This document shows positions 39,549 to 42,270 of a DNA stretch of 42,270 nucleotides, in pieces. Position numbers and translations under genes: made by a program. Each line of letters opens with the position of its first letter. Position 1 is the first letter of the stretch. This DNA is from a bacterium (GTDB lineage: Bacteria > Zhuqueibacterota > Zhuqueibacteria > Residuimicrobiales > Krinioviventaceae), in contig CAXXFV010000028.1 of the NCBI GenBank assembly GCA_963674595.2, positions 1-42,270 on the forward strand. Reading direction: 5' to 3'. Under the pieces are notes generated by a model. The model was given only the letters and a program-made list of their open reading frames with translations. It did not search any database and was not told the DNA's origin.

Positions 39549-41043
39549 TTAATTAACAAACATGTCTGAAACATTCACAATTTTAATTTTGTCGGCAGTT
39601 GCAGGTAACGGATATGCAGCGATTTTTTTATCTTCCTCCAAAACGGATTCCGGTTTTGGTGTGGTATAGGTCATCGGGTGGGAGATGTTGTTTAGCAAAT
39701 CATTTTTTAAGGATTGTGCATCCTGTGTTACCATAACGATTTTTATATTTTGTGCTTGCAAATATTTTTTAATGGCTGTGTTGACTTGTTCCAGGGTCAA
39801 CGAGTTTATCATTGAAGCGAAATTTTCCAGGAAATGGTAATCCAGACCATAGAAATAATCATCCAGTTTGAAACCAAGGCGCTGCATAGTGGTTGGTGCA
39901 AAGTGCAGGTAATATTTACTGAGAAAGTTTTTTGTCAATTCAAAATCGGCTTCCGACATTACCCTCTTTAACCAGTTTGTCAAGCTCTCGGGAGTGCGGC
40001 ACGTAAAGCAAACAAACGGGCGTGGTTTTGCACCGGTCGTATCCATATTTGAAAAATTTGCTCATGTCTGCCGACGTTTGTAGGGGGGAATTGACGTGCA
40101 TGTCCGTTGGGAAAAGCCTCGATATAGGAATAGTCTCCATAATTCATACCGGCGCGTTTCCCGGATAACCTGGTAAAGATGACTGCTGGAGTTACGATGT
40201 TCGCCCAGCCATGAATTTGCCAGCCACATGGCCGCAAAATCCGCATCACTGCGCAGTAAGGTAATGGGAAATCCCAAACTGATTGCAGTTGATTCAACAT
40301 CTTTATCGATTAACAAGAATTCAAGTCCGTCAATCGCCTGGACCTGACCGATGGTCGTTTTGTTTAACGTGCCTTCCGGCAGGTTTTTCATGTCCTTGTA
40401 AATTTCCGATTCCATCTGAGAAGAGAAACTTCCGCCAAGCCCTATCTTTAAATTAGCAAAATTATAGTGTTTGTTTGTAAAAAGATTCTACATCCTTTAA
40501 CGTCAGGTTTTTAACACGTTCGATGAGTCCCTGTTCCGGGTGATCATAGGATGTACCCTGGAAAATAAATTGATTGAGGGCCTGTTTTCCCAGTTCTTCA
40601 TCATTTGAATAACGCAGCGTGTTTTCCAGATAGTTGAGATGTTCTTTTTTTATCCTGTCAAAATCGGATTGTTCAAATGCGGGTTCCAATACAGCCTGTT
40701 TAAACAGTTTATAAAATTCGTTCCAGTTGTCTTTATGGGTCCGTCCGGCAATAATCGTAACCTCTTTATCAACCTGTGCTTCATAATTAGCGGACATGGG
40801 GTAAAGTTTTTGCAGGATCATATCATAGCTGTTTTGTTTGGTGGAAGCATCTGTGAGCATTTGTGCCGTTATCGTTGCCAGGCCTTCTTTACCCTTGGGA
40901 TCGTCCTGTGAACCTGTCTGAAACAGCAGACGAATGGAAATGGTCGGATCGTTTTCCGATATTTCTTTAATAATATTATTATTGTTCTGACACATAATCG
41001 ATATACACCCTGTTAGCAAACACAATAGAAAAAGTTTTTTCAT
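39549..41043 (-). CDS. M16 (pitrilysin) peptidase non-catalytic subunit, probable lipoprotein; four apparent +1 frameshifts
   Basis: GSQDDPKGKEGLA, no HxxEH, RGMNYGDYSYIE; a continuous frame is restored by single-base removals at ~40471, 40149, 39990, 39959. Confidence 0.8.
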
Positions 41044-41044
41044 T

Positions 41045-42270
41045 TTATTTTCCTCCCCTTAAAACGGCAATTGTTCGTTTATTTTTGTCCATATAAACCT
41101 GGGAAGAACGCTGAATATCCTGGGGAGTAATTTGATCAAAGGTATTATAGAGCGTGTTGATGCATCCCATATCTCCGGTAACAGCCAGAAAACGGGCCAG
41201 TCTGGAAGCTGTTTTTTTCCGGTGTGTCCAGATTCATAAGAAATTCATATTTATTATGGGACCTTTGTTTGTCAAGAGCTTGTTCATCGACCAGATTATT
41301 TTGAAAATAAGTGATGGTGTTGTCGATTTCCCGGATGATATTATCAATGTCGGCAGGGTCCTGGACCATTGTATAAATCGTCATCAAATTCGGATCGCGG
41401 TTAATACCCACGCCCATTTCAATAAACTGGACCCGTTGTTCATTGATGACCAGTTTTTTATAAATTTCACTGGTGGGTCCAAAAGCCATATCCGAAAATA
41501 ACAGGTTTGCCGCCACGTGCTTTATTGGATGCATCAAAAACAGGTGATTTGTATGCGACAGTTACAATCGGTAAAGTCTTGCCGTCATAAGTGATATTAA
41601 CGTTGCGTTCTTTTTTCTGTTCCGGCTCTTTTGGGATTTCCGGTTTTACATAACCGGTTTTCCAGGGTCCGTAAAAAGATTTGATTTTTTCCAGGTCCTT
41701 TTGCAGATCAATATCACCGGTCATTAACAGGATGGTGTTTTCCGGGCGATAATATCTTTTATGGAAATTCTGACTGTACTCATACATGGAGGGCATGGCT
41801 TCAATATCTTTTTTAAAACCGATGACCCGGTGGCGATAAGTATGTTTTGTAAAGGCGGTTTTCAACAGATTTTCAAAAAGATGTGCCCAGGGGCTGGTCA
41901 GCCCTTTAAGATATTCACCATGCACAGCGCCGGCTTCGGTTTTAAAATCCTGTTCCGTGTAAAACAGGTTTTGGAAACGATCACTTTCCAGGTCCAGCAC
42001 TTTATCCAAATCTTCGCGGGCAAAAGAGAGATGATAACAGGTGTAATCATCGGTGGTATAGGCGTTGCCGTCTGCTCCCATTTCCGTCATCATTTTGTCG
42101 TAAACATTGCCGGGGTATTTTTTTGTACCACGAAACATCATGTGTTCGAAAAAATGTGCAAATCCTGTGTGTCCGGGTTCAAATTCATCCCGGCTTCCGG
42201 TCCGTACAATAGAGTAGAAAGAAACAAGACCGGGACTGTCCATAGGAATCATAATAACTTTAAGTTTGTT
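41045..42270 (-). CDS. M16 zinc peptidase catalytic subunit (5' truncated by window; two apparent +1 frameshifts)
   Basis: GSRDEFEPGHTGFAHFFEHMMFRGT (HxxEH), NAYT, YYRPEN; frame restored by removals at ~41522 and ~41215. Confidence 0.88.

Noticed and set aside
49-41501. Numerous 60-160 aa ORFs overlapping or antisense to the main genes (e.g. 3633-3980, 7710-8084, 12565-12963, 15980-16357, 18822-19310, 30346-30720)
   Set aside because: They are shadows of well-supported genes with no recognisable motifs

Overview
AT-rich bacterial genomic window (roughly 35-40% GC by eye) from a probably anaerobic diderm. The [FeFe]-hydrogenase maturases, TolC/Omp85 proteins, lipoproteins and sigma54 regulation would fit an FCB-associated lineage such as KSB1/Calditrichota, but that assignment is inference only. 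Contents in order: a His-rich RAPP-ending leader ORF plus a czcCBA-like heavy-metal RND efflux operon; a GH78 rhamnosidase; TM1266-hydG-hydF-hydE; hsp20 with a sigma54 promoter; a PAS hybrid kinase with an NtrC-type regulator and a lone receiver; a tightly packed six-gene minus-strand module (secreted PAP2 phosphatase, POTRA-less Omp85 barrel, secreted protein-kinase-fold protein, NTT nucleotide transporter, NTT-HEAT transporter, cNMP-binding protein); rlmI; a 1523-aa multi-PAS kinase; a ketose 3-epimerase; a receiver; a methyltransferase and FAD oxidoreductase; and a pair of M16 peptidases with sialic-acid genes. Five genes carry nine +1 insertions in homopolymer or doublet runs that look like sequencing errors. 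The best candidate for an undescribed system is the NTT/Omp85/secreted-kinase/PAP2/cNMP module (18339-26982), possibly ATP export feeding extracytoplasmic phosphorylation. No rRNA, tRNA, CRISPR array or transposase was seen.
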